Assembly (NCBI GenBank): GCA_023485925.1
Contig: JAMDAJ010000059.1
Location: 1-46,394 of the forward strand
Reading direction: 5' to 3'
Length of the DNA stretch: 46,394 nucleotides
Source: Patescibacteria group bacterium
Lineage (GTDB): Bacteria; Patescibacteriota; Doudnabacteria; UBA920; 2-01-FULL-50-11
A program made the translations under genes and the position numbers. Shown here piece by piece: positions 27,157 to 37,398 of this stretch. The first letter of the stretch is position 1; every line of letters starts with the position of its first letter. A model generated the notes under the pieces. That model had not been told where the DNA came from, searched no databases, and saw only the letters and a list, made by a program, of their open reading frames with translations.

Positions 27157-27161
27157 ATTTT

Positions 27162-27956
27162 TCAATCAAAACTCTCCCCTTCAGGATACCCGGCGGTGCT
27201 GCCCGCCATCACCGCTTTCGGGGAATAACCGGCGGCCAAAAATCCCGACCAGGTCTTAAAGCCGAACTTAGCCCCTTCCGAAATAAGATAGATTGTGCCG
27301 TTATCATTGACCAGCGTACCGTCGCGGTATTGCATATCAGGAAGCTTGGGCAAGCTCTCGTCCAAAGTAGTGCTGGGAAAAACCGAATCGAACGTATAGC
27401 CATAAGAGGAAAAAACTTCGGCCGAAGGGAAAGGCTTGCGGCCTTGAGCGGTGATGAGATTTATGGTGCTGGAAACATCCACCAGCGAGCCGGCGGGATG
27501 GTTCACATAAATCAGATCGAGTCCGACGGCGGCGGCTTTGGGGTATGCGTTGAGGGCGGCGGCATAATAAAAACGGCCGTCCGCTTTCAGAAAAGCCATT
27601 TCGGTCAAACTCGGAATGGGGTGAACCCCGTCGTCGAACATCAAATACATCGTCCGACCGTCAGTAGTGTCCAAAACCAAAGTGTTAGGAGCGAACTTTA
27701 AATTCGGCCCCTGCGGCAAACCCATATCAGCTTCGCTAGCCGGCAGGACCATATCAAAAGTGTAGCCGTAAGAGGAAAAAACGTCTGTCGAAGGGAAGCC
27801 TAAGCGCTGCCCGTTTTGAATTAGGTAAACGGTCCCGTCCGCTGCCACCAGCTGGCCGGGTTTATGAGCGACTTGGGCTGCGCCGGCGAACGAAAAGGGC
27901 AGAACTAGCATCAGACCCACAAAACTTATTAGATTCAGGAGTTTTTTATTTCTCAT
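27162..27956 (-). CDS. Exported protein with internally repeated domain
   Basis: Signal peptide; duplicated GTVYLI..FPS..VFSSYGYTFD.V.P module. Confidence 0.8.
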   Translation of the reverse strand: MRNKKLLNLISFVGLMLVLPFSFAGAAQVAHKPGQLVAADGTVYLIQNGQRLGFPSTDVFSSYGYTFDMVLPASEADMGLPQGPNLKFAPNTLVLDTTDGRTMYLMFDDGVHPIPSLTEMAFLKADGRFYYAAALNAYPKAAAVGLDLIYVNHPAGSLVDVSSTINLITAQGRKPFPSAEVFSSYGYTFDSVFPSTTLDESLPKLPDMQYRDGTLVNDNGTIYLISEGAKFGFKTWSGFLAAGYSPKAVMAGSTAGYPEGESFD

Positions 27957-28009
27957 GATTTTGCCTTAATCGACATCTTCAGTATAAACGAGCGCCCCCG
28001 AAAAAGAAA

Positions 28010-28867
28010 TCATGCCGAGCGCCCCCTCTCCCAGACTCTTAGCAACCGCGCCCAATCCGCCAAAGAGAGCTCTTGCGGCCGAACGGTTGGCGATAGCCCC
28101 GCGGACTTCACCAGCGCGGCCGCGAGGGTTTTTGGCAGGTGCAACCCCGCGGCCAAATTATTTTCCAATGTTTTACGGCGGTGGGAAAAACCGACCTTCA
28201 CCAATCGGAAAAAAGATTTCTCGTCGGCCTCCACGACGAAATTTTGATACGGAACAAGTTTTAAAATTACGGAATCCACCTCCGGCGACGGGAAGAAACT
28301 TTCACGAGTGACCAAGGAAACCATCTCCGGCCGACTGTAGGCCTGCACGGCAACCGCAAGCACGCTCATCTCGCCGGGAGCGGCGCAGACCCGCTCCCCC
28401 ACTTCTTTCTGGACTAAAAGTACGATAAGTTCCGGTTTCTTTTTTAAGACCAGCAAATTTTCTAAAATCCTACCGGTGAGATAATATGGAATGTTTGCCA
28501 CAACCTTGAACGAAGTGAATAGCGGGTAATGGGTAGTGAGCAGGCTCGAAATGTCTAGCTTTAAAAAATCGCCATCGACGATTTCTACATTCTGGAATTT
28601 TTTCAGAACAAAACGCAGGGGCTTGATAAGCCGTCGGTCTTTTTCAATGGCGACCACTTGCCCGGAGCCTTTGCACAGGGCCTCGGTAAGCGTGCCAAAA
28701 CCCGCGCCGATCTCCACGACCAGATTAGAAGGCTCAAGCGCCGCCGCGGCCACAATTTTATCGAGCGCGACCCTATCGACCAAAAAATTCTGCCCGAGTT
28801 TATCTGCTGGACGAACGTGAAGACGGGAGAGCAAAGATTTGAGAGTGTTAAGCTCGGTTAAATCCAT
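28010..28867 (-). CDS. rsmA: 16S rRNA m6(2)A1518/1519 dimethyltransferase
   Basis: LGQNFL, EIGAG.G.LT, VVANIPYY, F.P.PEVDS, RRKTL.NNL. Confidence 0.96.
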   Translation of the reverse strand: MDLTELNTLKSLLSRLHVRPADKLGQNFLVDRVALDKIVAAAALEPSNLVVEIGAGFGTLTEALCKGSGQVVAIEKDRRLIKPLRFVLKKFQNVEIVDGDFLKLDISSLLTTHYPLFTSFKVVANIPYYLTGRILENLLVLKKKPELIVLLVQKEVGERVCAAPGEMSVLAVAVQAYSRPEMVSLVTRESFFPSPEVDSVILKLVPYQNFVVEADEKSFFRLVKVGFSHRRKTLENNLAAGLHLPKTLAAALVKSAGLSPTVRPQELSLADWARLLRVWERGRSA

Positions 28868-28884
28868 GAAAGCAAAATTAGAAA

Positions 28885-29847
28885 TTATTCCCCACTTATT
28901 AATTTTTCCACTTTCACCTCGATAGTGCCGGTGCCGAGAGTCGCCAATTGCTTGAAGGCCGCGGCATCAAGATCCAAGATGCGACCGGGATGAACCGCCT
29001 GGTCCGGCCCCCGGTCGTTGACCCGGACAATGATGGACTTGCCGGTCGAAAGGGCGGTCACGCGAAGCCAGCTGCCCTTGGGAAAATATGGATGCGCCGC
29101 GCAAAGACAGCCCTTGTAAACATACCAGCTGGCCCGCCCGCTTTCTTGAGTTTCCACCTCAATCCTGCTCCCCCGCCTAACAATGCGCGAGGTTGGCTCC
29201 TTGGTCACGTTGGAAGCGAGAATCTTCCGACTGACCTCCTGACCGTTACGGTACCGCACGGAATACTTAACCCGCTTTTCACCCGTGCTACCATCCCGCA
29301 CCACCACCTCGCTGCCGTAAAGCGCTCCGGGGTCGTGCTCGTAGACCGTGGTAAAATCCACCGGCTCCGTTCGTTCTTCCTCCGCCACCGCCACTCGGAC
29401 GATTCTCACCCGCATGCCCTGATAGACCGTCGAGGACAGATCCGGCGTAACCTCATCTTTCGGGCCAAGCGTGATTTGGAACTTATTTAAAAACTCCTCA
29501 ACCGTTCCGGCGGTAGTGCTCGCAAAATTCCGCTGTCCCCCGTCATCAACACTGACCGTAACCGGCATCCGGTAATCTATCACCATGCCGGAAACGACCG
29601 GCGTTTCAGCCGGCAGCGAAAGTTCGGTTCCAGTAAGCGGAATAGCCTGCTCGGTCATAACACCGGAAACCGACGGGCTTTCCGTCAAAACTTGAAAAGC
29701 AAATCCCCGGCTTTGCAAAGTCACCACTTTCGCTACAAGAGTTTTGGCCGGCGAATGAAAGTTGAGATAAGAGCCCGCAGCCAAACCTAACAAGAGTATC
29801 GCAAGATACCTGATTTTCAATTTGAAAGATTGGGCATTATCTCTCAT
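28885..29847 (-). CDS. DUF348/G5/RlpA-like DPBB cell-wall protein
   Basis: TV.EFL....I.L...D.V.P, G5 domain, G.ASWY..AAH..VRVNDRGP..ILDL...AF. Confidence 0.85.
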   Translation of the reverse strand: MRDNAQSFKLKIRYLAILLLGLAAGSYLNFHSPAKTLVAKVVTLQSRGFAFQVLTESPSVSGVMTEQAIPLTGTELSLPAETPVVSGMVIDYRMPVTVSVDDGGQRNFASTTAGTVEEFLNKFQITLGPKDEVTPDLSSTVYQGMRVRIVRVAVAEEERTEPVDFTTVYEHDPGALYGSEVVVRDGSTGEKRVKYSVRYRNGQEVSRKILASNVTKEPTSRIVRRGSRIEVETQESGRASWYVYKGCLCAAHPYFPKGSWLRVTALSTGKSIIVRVNDRGPDQAVHPGRILDLDAAAFKQLATLGTGTIEVKVEKLISGE

Positions 29848-30027
29848 GAGTTACGGGGAAATTCTGGCGCATCTCTATATAACTAAAGTATACCAAATCA
29901 AACGTAAGTGTTATATATTTGTCTAATTTAAGCCAAAAAAATATGTTGTGGAAAAAATCATCCCCGGTTTTCCTCTAACTTAAGCGAAAAAATCATGATA
30001 TTGGCGCCTCACCCAACCCTGAGAACA

Positions 30028-30056
30028 TTGACCGCAAGGGCAATTTTTGGTAAACT
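30028..30056 (+). promoter_or_regulatory. Sigma70 promoter for the LysM/M23 gene
   Basis: TTGACC-17bp-TAAACT. Confidence 0.5.
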
Positions 30057-30256
30057 GCAAGATGTAAAATATTCATAAAGGATCCTTGAATTTAGGCTGA
30101 ATTATCTAAAAGATTTCGAGAGCCTATTTTTATTCTCAAAGGGCCTTTGACGAAACGCTCCCTCAAAAGAGGGGCCAGAGGGGTTAAACAAACGTCCGGT
30201 TGCCAAGCTAAGTTACCCAACCGACTTTGAATTCTCAACCGATCTCAATCAAAAAA

Positions 30257-31702
30257 ATGAAGCAGCGCGAGCCGAGCTACCGCCCGGAGCGTAAACATTC
30301 GACCGGTCGTTTGCCGGTCATAAACGCTTTTTCGCAGTCGGTTGAAATCGAACCCGCTCCCGATTCACTCTCGCTTTCCAAAAATGATTTCGCGACCGAA
30401 CGCGCTGAAATTGAAAAACATCGTCTCAAAAACCGCCACCACCAGCTCTCGCAGGCCGTCGAGTTACGGCACGCGATTGCGGAGCTGACTTTGATGGTGA
30501 TAGCAGCCATGGTTCGAGCTATTGACTGGCTTTTCTTCCAACATTCTTTTTCCAGAGTGAAAAAGAATGTTTTTAAATACGGTTTAGAGTTAAGCATCCT
30601 CATACTGGTCCTGGCTAGCGTCGCCGTCACTTTTAGCCCGAATCCAAAAAAAGTCCTCTCCGCCGAAAACCTCTTTTTGAACTATCTTGAAAATAATCCA
30701 GGACTTAACCAGGTCGCACAAGAGCTGGCCGGAACCGAAAGTATCAGCGTGATACCGGAAAGCGCGGCCCTTGTCCCCTCGGTCCAAGCCGCCACCCTGG
30801 ATCCGATGACGGCAATCGCCACTTCCCCCCTGGCGACAGTCACGGAAAGCGGAACACAAAATACGCCGGCGTTGATCATCTCCGAAGACAGCACGCTTAT
30901 CAAACCCAACTACGCCACCCGCGACGCCGGTCGTAATCGCGATATCCAACAGTACACCGTTCAAGGCGGCGACACGATCAGCCAAATCGCCGAAACTTTT
31001 GGAATTTCGGTGCAGACGGTAATGTATGAGAACAAGATATCCGATACCGACTATCTCAAACCCGGACAAGTCCTTAAAATTTTACCGACCACCGGCATCA
31101 GCCACAAAGTGGCATCCGGAGAAACTTTGGAATCCATCGCCAAAAAATACCAAGTTGATCTGGAAAGCATTCTGGAATTCAACCAGATCGAGGTGCCCGA
31201 CGATATTGAAGTCGGCGAAGAACTCATTATTCCCAATGGCAAAGCGCAGAGCACGCCCACCCGTCAGACGCAGATCGCTCAATACAACACCCGCAACGTT
31301 AAACAGGTGCAAGTGCCCGACGACTTTGCCGGCGGCTCCGAACTTATTTGGCCGATCGGGATCAGGAGCGTCACTCAATATTACTCCTCCCGACACAAGG
31401 CATTGGACATCTCCAATAGCCAACGGCCACAATTTTGGGCTTCCGCAGACGGCATTGTCGAACTCTCTGGCTGGGACGGCGCGTACGGCAACTCTGTCGT
31501 AATCAACCACGGCAACGGTCTAAAAACCCGCTACGCCCACGCTTCCGAGCTATACGTTACCGCCGGCGACCATGTTGTTGCGGGGCAAGTCATCGGCCGG
31601 GTGGGCAACACGGGCCGGGCTTACGGCGCCACAGGGAATCACCTGCACTTTGAGATCGTGGTTAATGGCACCAAGGTTAACCCCTTGACACATATGAAAT
31701 AA
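30257..31702 (+). CDS. LysM x2 + M23 family peptidoglycan endopeptidase (start uncertain)
   Basis: YTVQGGDTIS and HKVASGETL LysM repeats; HKALDI, YAH, HLHFE. Confidence 0.92.
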   Translation: MKQREPSYRPERKHSTGRLPVINAFSQSVEIEPAPDSLSLSKNDFATERAEIEKHRLKNRHHQLSQAVELRHAIAELTLMVIAAMVRAIDWLFFQHSFSRVKKNVFKYGLELSILILVLASVAVTFSPNPKKVLSAENLFLNYLENNPGLNQVAQELAGTESISVIPESAALVPSVQAATLDPMTAIATSPLATVTESGTQNTPALIISEDSTLIKPNYATRDAGRNRDIQQYTVQGGDTISQIAETFGISVQTVMYENKISDTDYLKPGQVLKILPTTGISHKVASGETLESIAKKYQVDLESILEFNQIEVPDDIEVGEELIIPNGKAQSTPTRQTQIAQYNTRNVKQVQVPDDFAGGSELIWPIGIRSVTQYYSSRHKALDISNSQRPQFWASADGIVELSGWDGAYGNSVVINHGNGLKTRYAHASELYVTAGDHVVAGQVIGRVGNTGRAYGATGNHLHFEIVVNGTKVNPLTHMK

Positions 31703-31719
31703 ATTCAGATTTTTTTCTG

Positions 31720-31751
31720 AAAAAAAACCGGCATCCACAGCCGGATTTTTT
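31720..31751. terminator. Bidirectional terminator
   Basis: A-tract, ccgg..ccgg stem, T-tract between convergent genes. Confidence 0.45.
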
Positions 31752-31770
31752 AAACGGAAAATTTTAAGTT

Positions 31771-33483
31771 CTAAAAACTCAAGTACAAATCGCCGGGCGA
31801 AGTGCCACTGATGCTGTCTCCGGTAAACCCGTCGTTGCCAGTAGCCTGCAAGGTTTTAAGCATCAGCATACCGGAAATGCGATCGGCTTCCGATGGCGTA
31901 ACCTTGACCAAAAATTCAACCTGGGAGGCGCCGAACGCGGAAAGTCCGCCGACGTTCCAGCCGATCCGTCCGGAAGCCTGATTAAAATAAAAATTGGCGG
32001 AATCGCCCCAAGAATTTTCTACCACATCCACCTTCGGGATATTCACCACCGCTCCGAAACTCACATCATTGACCTCGTTAACCGTGCTCCCCACATTCAA
32101 TTTCACTCGGAAAACGGTGCTCTGACCTGTCACGGGGGGCAACGGACCGGAAACGTACTCGGAACTAGCGGATAATGTCAGTTTGCTTCTCACCTTGACA
32201 GTGATTTCGTCCCCGTCTACGGGTTCAGGCAACTCATTGGATGAAATCACGACCGTGGAATGGACTTTCGGATTTCTAACGCCTGACCCGGACAAATTCC
32301 GCTTTACAGAAAAATTCAAAGTCAAATTTCCAGCTGCCCCGGGCTGCAGCAGACGAAGACCTGTCACCCCGGCAGGGTTCCAAATGATGTCCTTGCCGAC
32401 CAGCGCGCCGCCGGAAGTGCTTAACGTGGAATAGTCCACCGAATTCTCGTCCAAATGCATCACGATCTTGACATTATTCATTCCCACATCGCCTGTGTTG
32501 CGGTAATTGATAGTATAGTGCAGAAAATCACCTTCATTCACGCTGTCATTGCCGGCAAGCTGTACTGAAACGGTCAAGGGTGAAGCAAGCACCTTGGTAG
32601 AGGCGAAGGTTCGGCTTTGCAGCACGAATACGCCGCTGGCATCCAGATAACCGACATCAGCCTGCAACGTTTTATCCTCGCCGGGCGAACCGGCAAGCGT
32701 CCCGGAAAGATCCAAAGCGGCTTGCGCGCCGATTTTCATGCTGCCCATCTCCCAGGTGGCGGAATCGGCGGAAGGCCGAGAGGCGGTAAGAAACTTAAAA
32801 CCATTAGGATAAGTCAGACGGATCTGCACCCGATCAAGATCGGTATCGGAAATGTTCTGGAAAGTGATGGCGTAATCTATCCGCTGCTGCATCACTACCT
32901 GCGCCGGAGCGTTGATGCGCAGGTTAAAGTCCGGGGCTTCCAGACTTAAGCTGATATCGGCCGATTGGGTGAAAGCGGCAGAACTGTCGGCTTGCTGAAA
33001 AAACATTTTCCCTCGGACCATTTGCACTTCCTGCGGACTGCCGTTAAATATCCCGACGATTTTGATGACCCCGGAATCATTAACTGCAACGTCGGCTAAA
33101 TTGAATTGCCGGCCCGAGCCATCGGCGCTTGCCGGCTCGCTGCTTAAGAAACGGAAGCTGTCAGGGTAAACGATTTCCACACTGGTGTTAGACAGCGCTT
33201 TGGAATCCCGATTTTCATATACCAAAGAGAGCTCCGAGGCGCTGCCGGAAGTGATAGTGCCGGAAGTAGAAAACCATAAGGCCACGTCAGGTTGTGGATT
33301 CGGGCGGCTGCGGAAAAACAGGGTCGAAGCCAAGACCGCCAACAACACAACGATGGCGACCACGATGATGACCAACCAGGACCGGGGAAAATTCAGGCGG
33401 TCCAGGAGGGTTTTGCGGCGCGGCTCTTCCTCAATGTTCTCTGGCGGAATGATAAAAGGATTGCTGTTTTGATTTTCTATCAT
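31771..33483 (-). CDS. Membrane-anchored DUF11-like Ig-repeat protein
   Basis: TM helix, then repeated Y.I.Y.N.....L.NV...YP..F.F modules. Confidence 0.75.
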   Translation of the reverse strand: MIENQNSNPFIIPPENIEEEPRRKTLLDRLNFPRSWLVIIVVAIVVLLAVLASTLFFRSRPNPQPDVALWFSTSGTITSGSASELSLVYENRDSKALSNTSVEIVYPDSFRFLSSEPASADGSGRQFNLADVAVNDSGVIKIVGIFNGSPQEVQMVRGKMFFQQADSSAAFTQSADISLSLEAPDFNLRINAPAQVVMQQRIDYAITFQNISDTDLDRVQIRLTYPNGFKFLTASRPSADSATWEMGSMKIGAQAALDLSGTLAGSPGEDKTLQADVGYLDASGVFVLQSRTFASTKVLASPLTVSVQLAGNDSVNEGDFLHYTINYRNTGDVGMNNVKIVMHLDENSVDYSTLSTSGGALVGKDIIWNPAGVTGLRLLQPGAAGNLTLNFSVKRNLSGSGVRNPKVHSTVVISSNELPEPVDGDEITVKVRSKLTLSASSEYVSGPLPPVTGQSTVFRVKLNVGSTVNEVNDVSFGAVVNIPKVDVVENSWGDSANFYFNQASGRIGWNVGGLSAFGASQVEFLVKVTPSEADRISGMLMLKTLQATGNDGFTGDSISGTSPGDLYLSF

Positions 33484-33544
33484 ATTTTTTGCGTATCGAT
33501 GTTAGTTTTTTTGAGGATGGATTTGAAAAAAATTCCTTACCTTA

Positions 33545-34297
33545 TCAAAATTTCACCTGTTCTGCCAAAAATTGGCGGGAATTGATCTTCCGCTCGATAA
33601 CACCGCTAAGCATCTCGGAAAGCATGCGTTCGATCTTAAGCTTGAGATCCAAAGGCACGGCGCTAACCTTGCGGACGGCGGACGCAGGATCGGCTTTAAG
33701 GAAATACTCCACCACTTCCCGTTCCACCCCGGCCGCCGCCGCGTCATACTGGCCGCAGTTGCCGCAGATCAAACCCAAAAAGGTATTACTCCAGCTCGCG
33801 CCGGCGCTGCTGAAAAGACTGCCTCCACAATATCGACAGGCCGCCTGCTGAAAACCGTAACCGAGAGCCGAGAGAAAACGCAGGCGAAAATCGTTCAAAA
33901 AATCGATCCCGACCGAGGATTCCTGTTCAAGTTGCTCCAAACTTTCCCGTAGTAGGATCGAAACTTTATGGTTGGGCTCGCCCTCCATCGTGGCATGCAT
34001 CACGATCTCAAAAAGATTGAACACCACCGCAAGATGCCTTAAATTCTGCAAGATCCTAGGGTAACTTCGGGTAATTCTAACCCCCACCACTACATAACGA
34101 CTCGCATTCGGAACCACTTCCAGCTGTAGCCACGTTACCGGCGCCAAAACCGGCTTAAGTTTACTTGACGATTTACGCGCCGAGCGTGCCATCGCCCGCA
34201 TCTTCCCCTCTTCGAATGACCACAACGTCAAAAATTCGTCTGCTTCCCGCACGGGGAAATGGCGCAACACCAGACCATTGATGATCTTATCGCTCAT
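33545..34297 (-). CDS. recO: DNA repair protein RecO
   Basis: GLVLR....EAD..LTL....GK....ARSARK..SK; C-terminal CxxC..CxxC. Confidence 0.9.
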   Translation of the reverse strand: MSDKIINGLVLRHFPVREADEFLTLWSFEEGKMRAMARSARKSSSKLKPVLAPVTWLQLEVVPNASRYVVVGVRITRSYPRILQNLRHLAVVFNLFEIVMHATMEGEPNHKVSILLRESLEQLEQESSVGIDFLNDFRLRFLSALGYGFQQAACRYCGGSLFSSAGASWSNTFLGLICGNCGQYDAAAAGVEREVVEYFLKADPASAVRKVSAVPLDLKLKIERMLSEMLSGVIERKINSRQFLAEQVKF

Positions 34298-37200
34298 GTG
34301 TTTATGTTCGGCGTTTTTTTCTCCAGGCGTTTTAGTCCCAACCAGACCGTGCCCGTTTCCCCCGCGTCAAAATTCGTCTGCCAATCCACGCTTTGGCGGG
34401 AACCAATGACCCGCTCGATACCGGTTTTTCCGATATCAAAATATTCAAAGGCGTCATAGACGGCCTGATTCGACGTTTCGTAATAGAGTTCCACCCGCTC
34501 GCCCACCGAAAGGCCCGAGAGTCTCCGTAATTCCTGCACTGCCCGTTCCAGATCGCGAGCCAGCCCCTTTGAAAGAAGTTCCGGAGTCAATTCAGCATCG
34601 ACATAGAGTACGTATTCGTCCGTGGACGATTCGAGTTTAGCGAAACGGGCGTCTTGCGGAGGGGTCGGAGCGATCGATAAATTGACAAAGTTCAGCTCCT
34701 CCGCCAATAGGTCAAGGTACGGCGTGAGTTCCGAGGATTTTTGCACAACGATAAGTTCGGACAGCGGCTGGCGCACTTTTAAACCGCGGGTTTTGCGGAA
34801 AGCCAGCACCGCCTCGGCGATCTTGCGCGCCTGTTCCATCATCGCAAGTTGGTCTCGATCCCCCTCGGTGAGTTCCTTCGACTGCGGCCACTCGTGCAAA
34901 TGCACCGAAACCGGAAAATCAGGATGATGGAGATTCAAATATATCGCTTCGGATAAAAACGGCATGAACGGCGCCAGTAACCGCACGATATAGATCAGGA
35001 GACGATAGAGGGTGGCAAAAAAGCGTCGTCCGTTCGGCCGCGCCGAGCGACGCAGATACCACGTAGATAGATCATCGATCAGCCGCTCCAAAGATCTAGC
35101 GGAACGGAACACATCGTAATGCTCCAAATTACTCGTCACCTCGTTAACGACCTGCTGCAGTCGGGCATTGATCCATTTATCCAAAACGCGTTCGGAATCC
35201 TTACTTTGCGCCGGAGAGATTCGCGGATCAAAGGTCCAGCCACGGGTATTGGCGTAAGTGATGAAATAGTTAGAAACGTTCCAAAGGATCATCTGTAAAC
35301 GCCGCTGCATTCGGGATAAATCGGCCTCCATAAATAATTTGGGACTCCCCGGCTGATTGACGGAATACATATACCAACGCACGATGTCGGCACCGTATTT
35401 TGAAAACAGGTCTTCGGGCACGACCACGTTGCCTTTGGATTTGCTCATTTTCTGTCCGCGGGCGTCCAAAATATGCCCAAGACAAATAACGTTCCTAAAC
35501 GGCGGCCGAGTTTCTCCCAAAGCCGTGGACACGGCTAGAAGCGTGTAAAACCAGCCGCGCGTCTGGTCAATGGCCTCGGAAATGTAGTCGGCCGGGAACT
35601 GCTTGGTGAAAATCTCCTGATTCTCGAACGGCCAGTGCCATTGCGCGTAAGGCATCGCGCCGGAATCGAACCACACGTCCAAAACTTCCGGCACGCGCGA
35701 CATTGCTTCGCCGCAATGCTCACATTTCAATTTTATCTCGTCCACATACGGCCGATGCAGGTCGAGCTTTTGGCTATCGAACTTTTGCCCTCCCTTTAAC
35801 GCTTTCTGCTCCAGTTCTTCCACTGAACCCACGCAAAGATATTCTTTGCAGCTTCCGCAGCGCCAAAACGGCAGCGGCGTGCCCCAGTAACGCTCGCGCG
35901 AGATGGCCCAGTCTTTTATCTCGGACAGCCAGCCGCCGAAACGACCGTGTTTGATGTACTCCGGCACCCAAATAATCTGCTCGTTGTTGGCAAGCAGCTC
36001 GTCTTTTAGGGCACTCACCCGAACGAACCAGGAATCGCGGGCGTAATACAGCAACGGCGTCCCACAGCGCCAACAGAACGGATAATCATGACGGTATGGC
36101 AGCTCGCGAAATATCGCCCGGTGTTTGTGCAAATGATGCAATAAGTGCTTTTCAGCCTCCGGTGTCTTCGCCTCGCGGCCGGAAAGCTCGCCGAGGCCGC
36201 TTACGAACCGGCCCGACTCGTCGACGGTATGAACCTTCGGCAAACCCAACCTAGTCCCTAAACGGTAGTCATCTTCCCCGTACATCACCGCGGTATGCAC
36301 GATGCCGGTGCCATCTTCCACGGTCACGAAATCCGCGGGATAAACCCGGAAGGCCTTTGGCGCGGCAAGCGGGGTAAAGGAAAACAGCGGCTCGTAATGC
36401 AGACCCACCAGATCGCGGCCGGAGACTTTCTCCAGCACCGTGAATGGCCCGGTGATAACCCGTTCTAAAAGCGCGCTGGCAAGAATATAATTGCAATCCT
36501 GGGCTTTGATGATGGAATAGCCGATGTCCTCTCCGACGGCTAAGGCAACATTGCCGGGCAGCGTCCAGGGCGTCGTGGTCCAGGACAGGAGATAGGTCGG
36601 CTGGTCCAATTTCACCACGACCTTGTGCCCCTTGCCGTCACGCGCTTCGATCTTGTCAGAGCGCAGCTTGAATTTGATATAAACGGAATTTTCCTCCACG
36701 CTCTTATAACCCTGCGCCACTTCGTGGGAAGATAGCGCGGTGCCGCAGCGCGGGCAATAAGGCAGAACCTTGTGGCCCTGATAGATTAACGACTGCTTGT
36801 TTTTTTGCCGGTCCCACAGGCGTTTCAAAATCGCCCACACGCTCTCAATATAATTCCGCTCGTAGGTGATATACGGCTGCTTCAGATCCAGCCAAAAACC
36901 CATCCGGTTGGTGAAATGCTCCCACTCATCCTTATATTTCCAAACCGACTCGCGGCAGAGGCGGTTGAATTTTTCGATACTCGCCCGAGAATCACCCGGC
37001 ACCAGATTTTCGATGTCGCGCTTCCCGGAGATCTTCAGGGTTTTCTCGACTTCGATCTCCACCGGCAGGCCTTGGGTGTCCCAACCGGCTTTTCTGCCCA
37101 CGAAACGCCCCCGCATGGTCTGGTAGCGCAGGATAACGTCTTTGAAAGCCCGCGCCTCCACGTGATGGAGACCGGGCCGGCCATTGGCCGTGGGCGGACC

Positions 37201-37338
37201 CTCAAAAAAGACGAAATGTTTTTTTCCTTTTGAATTTTCCAGCGACTTTTCGAAAATCTTCTCCGCCTGCCAAAACTTGAGGATATTTTCCTCCAGTTTT
37301 GGAAAGTTCGGCTGTGGTTCGAGGGATTTAAAAGGCAT
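34294..37338 (-). CDS. ileS: Isoleucine--tRNA ligase (type 2)
   Basis: EGPPTANG.PGLHH, WTTTPWTLPGN, DWAISRERYWGTPLP, DQTRGWFY, KMSKS. Confidence 0.96.
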   Translation of the reverse strand: MPFKSLEPQPNFPKLEENILKFWQAEKIFEKSLENSKGKKHFVFFEGPPTANGRPGLHHVEARAFKDVILRYQTMRGRFVGRKAGWDTQGLPVEIEVEKTLKISGKRDIENLVPGDSRASIEKFNRLCRESVWKYKDEWEHFTNRMGFWLDLKQPYITYERNYIESVWAILKRLWDRQKNKQSLIYQGHKVLPYCPRCGTALSSHEVAQGYKSVEENSVYIKFKLRSDKIEARDGKGHKVVVKLDQPTYLLSWTTTPWTLPGNVALAVGEDIGYSIIKAQDCNYILASALLERVITGPFTVLEKVSGRDLVGLHYEPLFSFTPLAAPKAFRVYPADFVTVEDGTGIVHTAVMYGEDDYRLGTRLGLPKVHTVDESGRFVSGLGELSGREAKTPEAEKHLLHHLHKHRAIFRELPYRHDYPFCWRCGTPLLYYARDSWFVRVSALKDELLANNEQIIWVPEYIKHGRFGGWLSEIKDWAISRERYWGTPLPFWRCGSCKEYLCVGSVEELEQKALKGGQKFDSQKLDLHRPYVDEIKLKCEHCGEAMSRVPEVLDVWFDSGAMPYAQWHWPFENQEIFTKQFPADYISEAIDQTRGWFYTLLAVSTALGETRPPFRNVICLGHILDARGQKMSKSKGNVVVPEDLFSKYGADIVRWYMYSVNQPGSPKLFMEADLSRMQRRLQMILWNVSNYFITYANTRGWTFDPRISPAQSKDSERVLDKWINARLQQVVNEVTSNLEHYDVFRSARSLERLIDDLSTWYLRRSARPNGRRFFATLYRLLIYIVRLLAPFMPFLSEAIYLNLHHPDFPVSVHLHEWPQSKELTEGDRDQLAMMEQARKIAEAVLAFRKTRGLKVRQPLSELIVVQKSSELTPYLDLLAEELNFVNLSIAPTPPQDARFAKLESSTDEYVLYVDAELTPELLSKGLARDLERAVQELRRLSGLSVGERVELYYETSNQAVYDAFEYFDIGKTGIERVIGSRQSVDWQTNFDAGETGTVWLGLKRLEKKTPNINT

Positions 37339-37398
37339 AAGAAAAAATTATCTAACGGGATCCTACTAGTTTTAGTATATCAAAAAATTCCGCTTGGT

